In this document: positions 50,373 through 64,000 of the stretch, piece by piece | Numbering within the stretch: the stretch's first letter is position 1 | How the letters are laid out: each line of letters opens with the position of its first letter | DNA from: Moniliella sp. 'wahieum' | Taxonomy: Eukaryota | Reading direction: 5' to 3' | Length of the DNA: 64,000 bases | Assembly: GCA_003971905.1 (NCBI GenBank) | Contig: RSEE01000068.1 | Coordinates: 1-64,000, forward strand | Notes under the pieces: generated by a model | What the model saw: the letters and a program-made list of their open reading frames with translations, nothing else | Databases searched by the model: none | Told to the model about the DNA's origin: nothing | Position numbers and translations under genes: made by a program

Positions 50373-53029
50373 GCCAGCGAGAGGGGGGGGGGATGGTGGA
50401 GGGGGAGGTGTGGCGGGGAGGAGCGCCCGCGACGTGCGCATCCAGGATGCATCCACGCAGCTTGTCGCGTGTGCTGCCTTCGAAGACACTGTGTTGTTGA
50501 CATGGAAGGGGTCCTGTCATGTCACATGTCACCGGTCACCGGCCACACCACTGGCCCTGTGCCGATGCCGAGGGTGGATCGCCGCAGGCCGGCGTGCATA
50601 AATGATGCACACCGCATCCCAGCGCCTGTGCGGCTCCCACGTCAGCGTCAGGCAGCTGCAGCCCAGCGCCCGGCCCTGCCCGGCCGCGCCCGATTTGCCG
50701 CAGGCTGCCAGGGGACAGTCGGGAGAGTGGGCGGCCCCTCGCACGGGACACTGCGTACTGCATGCGCACTGCACGGGCACTGCACGCGCACCGCACTGGC
50801 ACTGCACGGGCACTGCCCTGGCGACCCAAGCTCCAACGTACTCCAACGCTGCTCATTGTGAATGGGTGACAGCGGTATGTGACAGCGTCGCACAAACAAA
50901 AAACAGCCCAATCGCGCCGGGACGAGACAGCAGGCACGCGCACTGGGGCAGCCCAGCCACCCACGCCCACCCGACGCCCACCCACGCCCACCCAGATCCA
51001 CCCCCTGGCGCATGCCCAGCTCCCACGCGCACTGGCGCCCCAGCCAGCTGGCTACGGCCAACGCCACCCTGACTGTCATGTGCGGGGTACACAAGCGTAC
51101 ATGGTACACGTTACACCCCCTGCAGCCCCCCCATGCGTTGCCCCACTGCTTTCCCAAGGCATGCACATTGCATGCAGGCCTTGCACAACGGCACCACTCG
51201 CCCGGTTCCCTCCGATCGCCAGGCGCCGGAGGAGTCTCTACCACAGTCAGCACGCCGTCTGTGACATGCATGTGACACGTGCCATGTGAGCAATCAGTAA
51301 TCAGGATCATCGATCAGGTCGATCGGCCATCGAGCATCAGCGATCGCATCTCAGGTAGACCAGACAACCCAGAATCCCAGACCCAGGCGTCTTCGATCAT
51401 CGACAGGCGGGCCCCGGTCCGTGATAATGGGCGGGGAAACGCTCGGCATTTTGTCCTTCTACCGGCTACCTCTACTCGACTTTTTTTCCCACCGATCACT
51501 AGTTAGTCCGCGCCCAGAGACGCTCAGGCTGCCCTCTATAAAACGACTACGGCCTGTGAGATCGGAGATTTCTGAGGCACTCAGGAAGCTTGAAGCTTGA
51601 AGCTGCAAGGCTTGAAGTGAGGCCGCCTGGCAATGATTTTCTTCGAAAAAGAACGGTCTCATCGGTCCTAAGGCCTAACCTGTCGCGGCTAGCCCCACGA
51701 CCTTCGTGTGTCCAGGGCACCGGCGATCAACGCATGGACGTCAGCACGTCAGCGCTACGTCAGTACTCTGTACTCTGTTCCTCATATACCGATTCTATGT
51801 GCTCTGCCATATTGAGGCTTTTGATGATGGCCGGTGGTGGCATGCATGAAAACCCTCCACATCTTGTTTTTTGGTTTCCTTGGCGCCAAGGTCTCGTGGC
51901 AGAAACCGTATATAGCACCAGTGATGCATGTGGTGCATGATGCAGATGCCCGTGGAGGGAACTATATACATGTGAGAGAGGGTATATCGTGCTCGAGATG
52001 GTTCCTCTGCGTGAGGTCCTCTTCTGATTGATCGGTGTCACTCGCTTAGTACTTAGTGCGCTTAGTGGACAAAGGGTTCCACTCGCACACTGCGCACGCT
52101 ACGTCCTTGCTCTGCCGATCGATCATCGCCGCTCTGTGTCTCCTCTGTCCTTCGCCTCAGATCAGTGTGCTTGAAGCTTGCAGGCTTGTGGCTGGCTCAC
52201 CACCACGTTGCCTTCGCGCCTTGTCGGGGGCTGAAGGCTGCTCTATACTGCAGCTGAACCCACATAGGATCCCCGAGTGCTCCCTCCCAACTTGCTCTCT
52301 ATAGTAGACTGCATAACAATGCAGCTTATAATTGTGCCCCACAGGACAATCCCTGCGGTTTCCCTTCTTTTTTGTGGTAGCCCCTTTTTTCCCACCGTTT
52401 GTTGCCCCCATCGTTATGCATGCGGAAGGCGAAAATAACGCTGTACTGACAACCTTGCCCACGGAGGCCGAGGAGAAGCCAGATCTCTGGCACGTTGAGC
52501 AAGGAGAGTAGGCTTACGCTCGAAGCACCTAAGAGCTTCTCGTTGCAAAGAGATCGTTGTCCCTCTGTCTTGGCTATTAGAGGTATCCTCCTGGGGCTGA
52601 GGGCTATATAGCGAGGCCGACGGTAACGTTGAGGGGGGGAGCCCCATTTGGCTGAATCCGCCCCCAATTAACCGATGCAAGAAGTTGGCCGCTCCCATAT
52701 AAAGACGCTGCGGTGGTCCTGAACTGACTTTTTATATAGGAGTTGGGCGCATTCTACAAACGCCTTTTGGCCTTAGTTGTTCGGGTCGACATGCACCCCT
52801 TTTGAATCTATTACCACGTAACTAACAAAGGCACAACAGGGCTGATGGAACCGAGACTTCTGCCGAAAGGCATAGAGCTTGTTCTCCCAGAGTCGAGTCA
52901 CCACGTTGTACACGAGAGCCGGATGTTCCTCCTCGGTTCGCAGCATTGAGCGGATGGCACCATAAGACAAACCACTCCTGCGCCAGGCCTTAGGACCAAA
53001 CGCCACGGAACATCGGGTTCACCCAAAGA

Positions 53030-53515
53030 GATGAACGTCGCCGGCGGATTCTTCGTGGTCAGGCCGTTGTTCATAACGAGGTTCTCAGAGGCGCCCATCG
53101 TTGTCACAAAAACAGTCGTCTTGGGACGTGCCCCTCCAATACACAACCCGATGAAAGGGCCTGACACAAGTCAATGGGAAGTAAATATATTCGTCCCTTG
53201 AAGGGTGTCCAAAGCAACTTCTGCCAAGAGCGGCAAAGCAACCTGGTTCTTGCAGATATACCAAGTCCAGACCCTGGGATTAATAACCACGGGACTTAGA
53301 TCGTCCGTCTTGTTGATGTAGAACACAGGTGGGCCCTACGGTGAACGAGACCGACGGATGCATCCTCGTTCGAGGTTCTCCTTGATCCAAAACAAGCGCG
53401 GTGGGCTTCGGCCTCGTCTGGGGGTCAATGGGTACGAACGTGAGAGTGTTGGATTGGCACCTTCTTGGGTCTCAATGGCGTGGTCAAAACCTGGCGGGTG
53501 AGGGGTGAAGAGGCA
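53030..53515 (-). mobile_element. Degenerate Ty3/Gypsy reverse-transcriptase fragment; possible decayed gag upstream to ~54700
   Basis: PHPPGFDHAIETQEGANP...YPLTP...WIKENLERGCIRRSRSP*GPPVFYINK...KNQVALPL...FVTTMGASENLVMNNGLT..PPATF matches the start of Tf2/chromovirus-type RT; contains stops and frameshifts. Confidence 0.85.
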
Positions 53516-56230
53516 AACAGTTGGCTCGACGAACGGGAAAGCCATCAGGAAAGTCCCTCTATTACCGCTGGGGCAGTTCGCATGTGATAGTCACTTCGTT
53601 CAGAGCTAGGGTATGTTCGGGAAGAGGGGGAAAGAGACCACTTTGACCGTGCAAGGGCGAGTCACCTCCACTGTTGACGACTGGGGCAGAATTGATGCGT
53701 CGGTGTGGTTCTCGGCAACTACTGCGAGGTTCAGGGAGGCTATGCGGCCAAACTGTGCGTCCGACAGGTCCTCCCTCTCTCTTCCGGACATCGTTTCCTC
53801 CCCCGCTCCGAGGCGTTCGCCAAGGCTACAACTCGCCTCGCTGAAACTGCCAAGCGCCATAAACACTATGCCAGCAATCAGAGTCTCTCCTGGCAGCTTC
53901 ACTGGACTTGAAAGGCAACAAGAATGTCTACAGTATTACCGGCTGGACTTTACCTTGGGGCCTCTCCTCAAAGTGACCTCTTTGGAACCTCTTCGACCTG
54001 GCCTTGTCGATGGCCGCTCCAAACCCCCAGAGGGGCTGGCGCTGGATATTGCCGATGGTCGGTAGACCTACCGTGTCGAGATGCTCGACCGTCGCCGGGA
54101 CAGAAGGACCCACTTGGACTTAGCACCGCGTATGCGGTGGACGACGTTCGTGCCCGAACCGCGGCCACTGCCCACATCAAGGCGTTGCGACCCGAACAGA
54201 GACCGCACGCGAGCACACCCTGCGCATCGACCGGATCGTGGACATGGGCCCTCGCAGAGGCACTGCCGACCGACGATAACCGCTGCGCGCCTGGCCCAGG
54301 AGCAGCACAAGGGCGTGCCGCGGTAGCCGGCTGACGAACCTGGGGTACGACACGAACGTGCTCCCCCCCCACCCCGCGACGGGCAAGCGTGCTCGGCGCG
54401 AGCGCGAGCGGGCGCCCCAGGCCGACGGCGTAGGGTACTACACGTTCCACCAGCTCGGGGCACACGACTGCCGAGTGCTGCGCCCTCCAGCACCGCCGTG
54501 CCGAACCGCATCATGCTCCGCCCACCTAGCGCCCTGTCCCTTAGCCCTCCAGACCCGTGCTTGGCGCAGCTTACTCTCCTCCGCCGCCAGGGCGGCCTGG
54601 TAGCCAGCACGGTCCACGGGCTCGTGGTCCGCCCTACCGAGTATCGCCTTGGCCGCCTCCGTCTCCGCCACCGCCACATTTCCTGCCCCTGCTCGCCAAA
54701 GCAGTAAGCAGTAGGAGCTCGCGGCGGGTCCGTCGCTGGCGCCACTACCGGTGCACCTGTGCTCGCGCTCACCACTTGTGGAAAGAAGCGTAGCATCCTA
54801 AACCCTTTTTCAATAGGTTCACCCTGCAGGTTTGCGTTATATTACACGGTAGTCTCAAACTTCATGGTTGGCATGCCGATTTTGCTCCGTGGGAAGCCGA
54901 ATGCGGGCGCAGGGTTGGTGGATGGGACCATGGTCGTACCTGCAGGATACTATTTCTTGGAAGCCATCATCATCGCGGGATAGGCTGCCGGTCCTCCGTT
55001 TATCGATTTGTTGATTAACACGATCCAGGACGGAGGGCGGCCTGGACGAGGTTAGAGAGATTGGGAGAAAAAAAAGCGCAACGCGGCGTGGGTTGGGGAC
55101 GCCACGTGACGCGTGACGGGCTACGTCATGGTTACGTCACAGGCTACGTCACTGGGTAGCGGTTACGTCATGGCCCCTGGGGCCTGGCTGAGCTCGGCGG
55201 AGCCAGCGCTGATCCCGAGCAGCCTCAGGCAGGCGACGGGCCTCAGGCTCAGTCTGGGCACACTCAGTCTGAGCAGGTCTGAGCCAGCCGCCAAGATCAG
55301 CGACGACAGCAGCGATCAGTTCCACGGACAAGACGGCATCGGATTGTGGGGATGCGAGACGAGTTTGGTTGGTTGGTTGGTCGGAATGGCTGACACGCCC
55401 GGATGGGATGGTACTGGGGAGGCCTGAGCCTGAGGCGACAGTTGATGCGCCCGGGGCCGATGGCCACCAGCATCGCTGGTACTCGGACATTCCGTTCTCA
55501 GGCGTTAGGTCTTAGGTCTTTAGGCCTTACTAGTCAAACTTGCAGCTTCATGTGCTTGCCTCTGCAAGCGGCGCCTCCGGCCTGGCTTGGCGGCCGCGCT
55601 GGCGGGACGGGGAGGTTGAAGATGAAGGAGACGCCGACGCTGGGAACTGGAAACAAAAAAGAACTCCCTAGAAGGGATGACCAGTGACTAGTGAGCGGTG
55701 ACCAGTCGATCAGACCTACAAGAGCGAGCTGGGCAGGGCAGCACGCGCGACCAGCCGCGGACGGGGAACGGCGCTGCTCAGGCGCTCAGCGCGCTCAGCC
55801 CAGGAAGCAGGCAAACGCCGGGCGTGTCTCCGCGGGAGGGAGGATGCGCATGCCGCTCATGCATCACATGTCACACATCAGCGTCCTACCTCAGGTGCGC
55901 GTTTAGTTGGGCAGGGCGCCCGGGCAGCGAGCATGCAGCATGGGCGATCGGGCACAGGAGCAGTGCTGCGCACGGCTGCGCGCCCGCGCATCCCCGGCTG
56001 CGGCTTATAACTCAGTATTCACGCACAGCAGCCCACGCGCTGCGCTGCCCCGCCCATCACACACTGCCCCTGCGCCCGCCTTGGTCTGTGCGCCCTCCTG
56101 CTGCCGCTCGCTGGCCGCCTGGGGCAGGGCGCGAGGTATAAGTATACGCTCGCCACCCTCTCCCACCCGCGCTTCACACGCCCTGCGTTTTGTCTTTGCA
56201 CCGCTCAGCCCATCCTCGTTCCACCCCACC

Positions 56231-56270
56231 CACCACCACCACCACCACCACCACCACCACCACTACCACC
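56231..56270. repeat. (CAC)n microsatellite immediately before the MARVEL ATG
   Basis: About 13 units. Confidence 0.9.
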
Positions 56271-56275
56271 CCGCC

Positions 56276-56910
56276 ATGGTTGATGCCAGCACCATTGTCC
56301 GCCGCGGCGCCCCGGTCACTCTGGGCGTGCTCTCCCTCTTCTCTCTCGTCGTTGCCATCATTGCCTCGGTCTTGGTCCACGACTACAATGCCAAGGATGC
56401 TGCCAAGGGCGAAAAGTCGTCCGTCAAGGCCCGCGTTCGCTTCTTCTTGTTTGTAGGCTGGTTCTCGTTTGTCTTCTCGACAGCTTATGTGCGTCTTTTC
56501 TCCTTGCCTCCTCGCTCCCATCCACATTCAGCGCTGGGCCGCTGGATGGCTGGCCGGTTAGCCGACCCGCGTACACGTACTAACCCGCCCCCTTGCTTCC
56601 CCTTCCCGCAGGTCGTCTGCTTCCTGACTGGCATTGGCGGCGTGTTCACGTCGATCGTCTCGCACTTGATTTTCATTTTCCTCGACTGGGTCTTCTGGCT
56701 CTCGGCCGCGGCGCGCTCACGTCGTCCATGGGCGGCGGCCAGAACTGCTCGCACTCGTCGTTCAAGTACTGCTCGGCGAACGAGGCGCTGATTGCGTTTG
56801 GGTTTATCAACTTTGTATTGACAACGTGCATGCTGTGCGTGGTGACCGTCATTGGAGCCGGTGCGTTCCGTGGCGGCTTGAAAGAAACGTTTGGCAACTC
56901 GAGGGCCTAA
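56276..56910 (+). CDS. MARVEL-domain four-TM membrane protein (Nce102-like)
   Basis: Four hydrophobic segments with RVRFFLFVGWFS, WVFWLSAAA.LT and C...C.ANEALIAFGFINF. Intron 56489-56611 (GTGCGT...TACTAAC...CAG); one frameshift near 56715. Confidence 0.82.
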
Positions 56911-57703
56911 AGAACGCCTAACGCCTAATGTCTAATGTTCAACGCCTAACGCCTAAGCACGGTCTGCCTGCCCGCTCTGCTCTGCTCTGCGCGCACTCGG
57001 CACTCCGATACGATACCCCCTTTACCCCCTGTGGCGTGTACCTCGCTCTACTGGGGTACGGGCTTTCCCCCCCCTCGCTTTCTCTCTCTTTGTCGTTCTA
57101 TGTCGTTAAGACCACCTTGTTTTTCTTGCTCCCTTACCGTCCCTATCTTGCCTCGCCTCGCCCTTGGCGCAAGTTTGTAGGAATTGTACATGTGCCTTTG
57201 GCTCGATCTGCCTTTTTGAACGCCGTGAATGTCTTTCCCCTTACGCCTTCGACGCCCGACGCACGGTTGGTTGCTCGCCCGGTTCCTCTACGGACAGGTG
57301 CCATGTAAATAATGCAATTGAACCAGCGTATGATGATGGGGTTCAGCCATCCATCCACCTCATCAACCTGATTGGAACTGAATATTGAATCTCGACATTG
57401 TGCAGCATGCCCTCGGTAGAGCTCATTGAGGTACGAGCTAAGTCCGACGTCCACCAGGCCAGACTAGCATGAGCGGCCATAATTAGCGCTTAGAATGCAC
57501 AATGGGACCTGCGATTGAACCTCCTGGATGCCGGACTGCCGGACCGTCGCCTGGCCATGTAAAGCTGCATGTTGCTCTCTGGGGCACCACTAGAACCTAG
57601 CAAACGGGGTAGACAGGCAGGCAGATCGGGTGCTCGCTCGGGACGCCCGGGACGCGTGCGCGGGACCCAAACTGGCCATCCATGACCATCACCAATCATT
57701 AAA

Positions 57704-60062
57704 TCATCTTACATTTTCCCCTTCTTCACTCTTTCTCCGCACGGCCCTCTTGCTTGCGCGCAAGCCAGACAGGTACTGTTCGATCCACACGTCCCGCTCC
57801 TCGGGGCGGTGGGCAAAGGCGCGGTACCGTGCATCGTCCTTCAACACAGCACGCACCTCATCCAGATCAAACTTCATGCCCAACAGATCCTGCTCCATCT
57901 CCTCGTCCGCATCTGCGTCTGCGTCGTCGGCCGAGTCGGCCGGGCCAGGCTGCTCCGAGCCGGAAGCAGCGTGTCGGAGCTCCTTTTTGGTCTGCTGCAG
58001 GCGCCCCCAAAACTCCAAAAACGCATTCTCGCGCAGCATGGTCTGGAACGCCTCGTACGCACGTTGGGTCCGCGCCTCGTTCCACGCGACAAAGGACCGC
58101 TCCAGCGCGTGCTCGACCGCGTCCCCGTCGGCGTCGGCGTCGGCGCCGGCGCCATGAAGGTGGAGGACGAGCTTGTCGAGCCCGAGGCGGGCAAAGTCGC
58201 GGTCCTCACGGACCTGGGGCACAGTTTCGTCCATGGACCGGTCGAGCGTCGGCGCGGCACGGGCAAACAGTTGGTCCAACTGGGACTGTTTGCGGGCCAG
58301 AAGACGGGCCTGGTGCGCCAGGAAAAGCGATTGCTGTTCGCCCGGCGAAAGCGGCACCGCCCCGCCCCACACGTCGCGCGAGACAGCGAGCGAAAAGGGC
58401 AGGTAAGCATCCTGCACCTTGTCCACCAGGCGTTGCTCGTACTGCGCGCGCGCCGTGTCGTGTTCAGCGTGGTGCGCGACGGAACGCAGCGTCGAGGCCA
58501 GCCGGCCTTGTGGCGCGCGACTTTGTCCCTGCGCTGCGCAAGCGCTTCCTCTTGCTTGGAGCGCTTGGTTGTCGTCGTAGGGGCTGGTGCGGGCGGCGAT
58601 GCCGGAGCCGGAGCCAGCGCGCTCGCTACCCATTCGGCCCACAACTGAGCCCGACGCGTCGCGCTGCCCACCGCATCGTACCGCACATCGCGATCGAGAC
58701 CGCGCTTGACCCGAGGCCAAGCGTCGGCGACCAGCTTGGCGCTGGCGTCGGGCGCGAGCGAAGCGACGGACCGCCGGAGCGCAAGCTTTTCCTCCGCCAC
58801 CCGTTCCTCGAGCAAGTGCACAAACGCTTCCTCGGCCTGCTGCGCTTGTCTGCGCTTCACCTCGCCCAGCTGACGAAGATGGGCCTTGAACGTGCGCTGG
58901 TCCGGGCGGAAACGCGGGTCTTGGCCATAGGCCTGTTCAAAGTCGGCCCATTGGGTCCGGGTCGAAGTCACCTTGTCCTTCAACAGCGCGAGGAAGTCGT
59001 CGTCTTGGTTGCGCGACACGGCGGGGGCGGAGGAGGTAGAGGGAGAGGTAGAGGTAGAGGCACGTTGTGCGGCGGGATGGGAGTCGAGGTGGGTGGCAGT
59101 GGAGGTAGATGGCGCAGCTTGAACGCGGGCCTGTTTCGCCGCTCGTTTCTCCTTCAAACGGAGCTTGCACCATTCGTTGAACGCGTCTTCGCGCTCGCCT
59201 TCGGGCACGCGGGCGTACGCGGGCAACGAGTCAAACTTGCCCTTCTCCAGTTCCCAGGGAGCCATCGCGTTCACCTCCTTGGCTGTGCCCGTGAGACTGG
59301 TGAGCATCGCATAAATGCCTGCACTGGGTCTTCCTCCTCCGCGACGGCAGTTGCCGCTGCCTCGCCTTCTGCCTCCTTGTCCTCCGTCGCCGAGGCAGTA
59401 TCCGTTTCAGCCAGCCGCTGCGCCTCAGCGCCTCGCCTTCGGCAGCTTCTGCTTCAGCAGCCATCTCGGCTGCCATTTGGAGTTGCCATTCTTGATCATC
59501 ATCATCATCGTCGTCGTCTTCGTCGTCGTTGTCGTTGTCGTTGTTGTTGTTGTCGTCCTGTTCCTCCTCCTCCTGTTCCTGCTCCTGCTCCTGCTCCTTC
59601 TCTTCTTCCTCTTCCGCCCTGTCGTCATTGGTATGGACAAGCGGGGATTTCCCAGGCGCGTGTTGGAGCGGCTGGGCGGGGGCGGGGGAGGAGGCGCGTG
59701 GGCGCTTGGCCGGGTGGTCGGGGGAGGCAGCCCTGCGCTTGGGCGGGGCGGGAAGGTGCCAGAGACTCTGCTGGGTGTCGGGGTGGAAGAAGAAGCGGTG
59801 GTGGCGGTTGGTCGTCACCCGCAGCCACGGCCGGCCGGGCACCCAGGCGTAGGAAGCGCGGTCTCCCATCGCGCGGGGGCGGCGGCAGGAAGCGGCGGCG
59901 GAGGCAGGGCAGGTGCGGAAGCCGGCGCAGAAGAGGCGCAGAAGCAGGCGCAGAAGAGGGCCGCTTGTAGGTGCTGGTGCGGGAGGCCTTGCCAGTAGTA
60001 TGTGTGGCCCTGGGGGCCTTGTGCTCCGTCCAGCCGGCCGGCAGCGGAGGCAGCGCTCCCAT
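57704..60062 (-). CDS. WW + FF domain splicing/transcription factor (TCERG1/Urn1/Dre4-like)
   Basis: LPPLPAGWTEHKAP.GHTYYW (WW); WLRVTTNRHHRFFFHPDTQQSLW (WW); acidic tract; FF repeats EVNAMAPWE...EREDAFNEWCK, FLALLKDKVTSTRTQWADF...DPRF and VLKDDARYRAF...ERDVWIEQYL. Confidence 0.85.
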
Positions 60063-60364
60063 CGCAGCAGTTGGAAGAGCAAAATACTTCCGTCCTGGGG
60101 GTACTTTGGCAAATGCGCTCCCCGCCGCACGTGACCCCTGGGGCCTGAGGTAAGCAGCATGAACGTTCAGCTGCTGGGCCGGCACGCCTCACCGCACCGC
60201 GTCGCGTTGGCTGCCCCGTGCCGCTGCGCGCTGCGCGTGCGGGGGCACGGCGCCACTGCCGGCTGGGCGGAGTGGTGATTGATGACTGGTGATTGCTGCG
60301 TCGCCGCGTCGCCGCGGCCACTCGACTGGACGACACGCCCCCCCCTCTCCCCACCACCGCCGCC

Positions 60365-63300
60365 ATGTCGCAGAGCTCGGTGTTCGGCGCTGCGCCGCCG
60401 CGCCAGCGCTCCCGCCTCAGCTTCAAGGGCAAGCTCGCCAGCAAGGGCATCAGCACCGACCGCCTCCTCCGCGACCTCAAGACCGTCCAGGCCGAGCTCG
60501 CCCAGATGGACCAGGACGACGTCGACCTCGACTCGCTCCTGCCCATCACCAAGCAGCTCGTCCAGCCCACCCTCATGCTCCACAAGGACCGCGGCGTCAA
60601 GATCGCCCTCGCGTGCTGCCTCGCCGATGTCCTGCGTCTCTTTGCGCCCGACGCGCCCTACACCGCCCTCGAGCTGCGCGTGCGTACCCCCCCCCCCCCT
60701 AGCCCGCGTCGCGTGTGCGCACTAACCCCCCCCCGCCGCTTCCCCCACAGGACATCTTCCAGTTCTTCATCCACGAGCTCACGCTGCCCGCCAAGACTGG
60801 CCACGGCTTGGCTGTGCCCCAGGGCCCGCGCTACTCGGACTACTTTTATCTCGTCGAGTCCCTGAGCACCGTCAAGTCGATCGTGCTTGTATGCGACCTG
60901 AATGGCGCGGAGGACATGATGACCGACCTGTTCCAAGGCTTCTTTGAGATTGTCTCGTACGTCCTTGCTGCGGTGTGTGTTGGGGCGGGTCTTTTTGTGC
61001 GTGTACTTACTAGCCCCGGATCCGCGCTGCGCAGACCGACGATGGCCAAGAACCTCGAGATCTGCATGGCGGATATCCTGGCCCAACTGGTGGACGAGGC
61101 GCAACAGGCCCGAGCCGGTCCTCGAGCTCTTGCTGGTCAACTTTAACCCGCAGGCGATCAAGGCCAATCCCGCCGCGCACAATTTGGCCGTGCAAGTGTG
61201 CCAGGCGGCCGAGCACCGGCTGCAAAAGTATGTCGCGCACTATTTTACCGATGTCATCACCTCGTCCCTTGACGATGAGCAGGACCGGAACGAGCGGGAC
61301 GGCAACCTGACCCGCACCTACACGCTCATCATGGAGATCAACCGTTCCGTTCCGCCTCTTTTGCTCAACGTGGTGCCCCAAATGGAGGGGGAGCTAACGT
61401 CGGAAGACCAGAGCTTGCGCTTGATGGTCACGCGCGTGTTGGGCCAAATGTTTGGCGAGCGTCGTTCGCTCGCTGCGGCCGGCTCAACGTCGGAAGGTCT
61501 GGCAGAGGGCGACTTTGCGCGGACGTACCCGGGCGTATGGAAGGCGTGGCTGCGCCGTGCCAACGATAAAAGCTACCATGTGCGCATTGTCTGGCTCGAG
61601 TCGGCTCAGGGCATCCTACGCTACCACCCTTCGCTCGTACCCGATATGATTCCCATCTTGACGCAAAACTGCTCGATCCGGATGAAAAAGTGCGCACGAT
61701 TGCGGCCCGTGTGCTGGGCAGCATGGATTACGAAACGGCACTGCATCGGACGCCCAAGGTGCTGCTGGAAGCTCTGGCGGAGCGGTGCATGGACAAGAAA
61801 CGTACTGTGCGGGAGAATGCAATGAACGCGCTGGGCCGCCTATTTCACCTTGCCTTCCCTGAAATCGAGAGCCACGACCGCGGCGATTGAGCAATTTGCC
61901 TGGATCCCAAGTGCGGTGCTTTCCGTGTTGAAAACGTCGGATGTATCGGACCAAGATGTGGCGGATGTGGTGGAACGGTGGATTTTGCCCTTCCCTTCGT
62001 ATGGGCTGGGCTCGAACCAGACCAAACTCCGTTCCTCCCAGTCTTCTTCCCAAGGTTCCAGCCAGTCCCAGAGCCTGACGGCCGGCGTGGCGTTTACCGG
62101 GGCAGCGGATGAATCGGCCTGGGTGGGCCGGCTGCTGTTGGTGCTCAAGTACGGGGATGGGTTTACCAAGTCGGTCATCTTTAAGCTGGGCAACCTGGTC
62201 GAACCGCTGAGCATCTGGGCGCGGTTTGTCGATGCGTGTGAAGCGTACAATGGGGGCACGATGGACGAGGACGAAGTGCGTAAGAAACAGGAGCTCAAAG
62301 TGTTGCTCAAGGCGGTGGCCAAGGTGTTGGGGGAACAACCGGGGGCGGATAAAGTGGCGAGTGAATTGCTCGAGTTTGCACGGATGAATGATCTGCGTGC
62401 GTACCGCCTGTTGCGGGTCAGTATGGACCCGAAACAGGACATGAAGAGTCTGCTCAAGGCGCGCTTGGAACTGCGTCGTCGCTCGAGGCCAACAACAAGT
62501 CGCTCGTCCCGACCCTGATGCATTTTTGGCGCGGGGCCAGTTCTCCCGCTGGTCAACCGTACCACGGTGAGCCAGTTGCTCAAGGGCATCCAGCAAGGCC
62601 CTGGCTCGTCGGCCGCGAGCCAGGCCAGTGCCGATTCCCTCTTGCCCCTCGGCCCCAACAAGGTGAGCTTGGCGGGTACGAGGTGTTTGTGGAAAACGCG
62701 ACGGCCGTCTTGACCCAGGTCACCAAGTCCCACCCCCATGCTCATTCCCTTTGTGCCCGAACTGATCCGGATCGTTCGCGATGGCGAGGCCAGTGGCGAC
62801 GAGAACCCGTACGCGACGACGGTGGCGCTGCGTGCGCTGGCGGTGATTGCTCGTGGGGACGACAAGCGACCAAGTTGATGCGCGAGCCCAAGGCCATCGA
62901 CGCCCTCTGCCATTTCGCCCTCGAGGGCCAAGTGGAAGAAGCCAAGTTTGCCACCGAGACGCTGGCGGCGATGAGTGAGCGCGACACGTTGCTGCGGCAA
63001 GGCGAAGGTGCCGCGCGGTACACGGCGCCCGGCGGGGCGCCGCTGGCCAAATCCGATCTGCTCACCGCGCAACACGCACTGCACCACGTGCTCACTACGA
63101 TTTCCGATCAACTGAGTGTGGTACGGGAGGGCAAGTTGGCCAGTCACCTGGCTGCGCTCCTGGCTTTGGTCAAGTACGCGCCCGATGTATTTGAGGACCG
63201 GGCCCAGTCGATCATCAAGGACGTGCTGGCCGCAATCAAGCGGCCGTGGATGGAAGTGAAGGACGAGGCTGGCGGCATGCGCGCGGTCCAAGCCGAAGAG

Positions 63301-64000
63301 TGGATGGAGGAGGAGGAGCAAGAGGAGTGGGTCGAAGCGGAGGATGTGGACGACAATACGCGGTCGCGCATGCTGGGCTTGCGGGTGATCACCAAGCGGG
63401 CCGAGGTGTATGCGCATACCGAGCACGCCGAGATGACCGTCAAGCCCATCTGCGGTTTTTGTACCATGCCCTGGGCGCCGGCGAAGTGGATAGCGCCACG
63501 GGCGAGCCCAAGAAACCGAATGCGTTGCCTGCCATGCCGGGCCACGCGCGCGCCTGGCTGCGCTTCACGTCCGGCCGCCTGCCTGCTCAAGTTGGCGCGC
63601 CACAAGGCGTATGCGATGCTGGTGACGCGCCAAATGCTGCCGTTGGCATTTGTGGTGCAAGACCGAAGCTTTGGGGTGCGCAACCTGTTCTTGCGCAAGC
63701 TGTGCGCCTACCTCTCGTGCAACAAACTGCCCCCGGCGTTTTATGCGGTCCCTTTCCTGGTCGCGTTGGACCCCGAAGAGGAAAACTTGCATCTGGTGCG
63801 CTACTTTTTGCGCAAAGTCATCTGGGGCGTCTCGACCGCCCAACGGTTCAAGACGGTGGAATACACCTTTGCTCGCTTCCTCCACCTGCTTGCGCACCAC
63901 CCCGACTTTCACCGGGAGGACGTGACGGAAGCGCTGTTTGCTCGCTATGTCGACTTTTACCTGACCAGCGTGGCCAACGAGGAGAACATCAATTTGTTCT
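60365..64000 (+). CDS. PDS5: Sister chromatid cohesion protein Pds5 (partial, runs off window)
   Basis: LMLHKDRGVKIALACCLADVLRLFAPDAPYT, FYLVESLSTVKSIVLVCDL, LLLNVVPQMEGEL, LAERCMDKKRTVR and EYTFARFLHLLAHHPDF. Introns ~60680-60750 and ~60957-61034. Confidence 0.95.

Noticed and set aside
57754..59970. 738-aa plus-strand ORF and other long antisense ORFs
   Set aside because: These are shadow frames of GC-rich real genes on the opposite strand, with Arg/Gly/Ala-biased, domain-less translations.
60063..60160. Minus-strand CTTACCT as a U1 snRNA 5' end
   Set aside because: It lacks the ATACTTACCTG start, the U1 stem-loop motifs and an Sm site; it lies in the short divergent promoter between the FF gene and PDS5.

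Overview
GC-rich eukaryotic DNA with short GT-AG introns (GTACGT/GTAAGT donors, CTAAC-type branch points). It is most consistent with a basidiomycete fungus, probably Ustilaginomycotina; this is an inference from protein resemblance and low intron density. About 17 protein genes are recognisable: a DUF1708/Msb1-like protein, an SDR, endosulfine Igo1, a divergent Ssn6/Cyc8-like TPR protein, two Pho85-type cyclins, a CorA Mg2+ transporter, a divergent histone H4/H3 pair plus H1, arginase, DNA polymerase alpha, a Ykt6-like longin protein, a MARVEL protein, a WW/FF splicing factor, Pds5 (runs off the window) and two hypothetical proteins. There is also an intron-containing tRNA-Ser(CGA), a 1.4 kb non-autonomous LTR element with identical LTRs, a decayed Ty3/Gypsy RT and three copies of a ~230 bp repeat. 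Nearly all genes, including H4 and Pol alpha, carry small frameshifts that are most likely assembly indel errors, so CDS boundaries are approximate. The main unexpected signals are: (1) intergenic heptamer arrays following one rule, (T-N-A + a 4-bp palindrome)n, seen with about ten different cores; (2) a Ykt6-derived gene that keeps the longin domain and a terminal CaaX box but has no recognisable R-SNARE motif; (3) an H3 with A75S/F78W beside K79; (4) a TGTGAACG motif occurring 7 times in the H3-H4 promoter and again upstream of H1. All assignments were made by eye; no database search was run.
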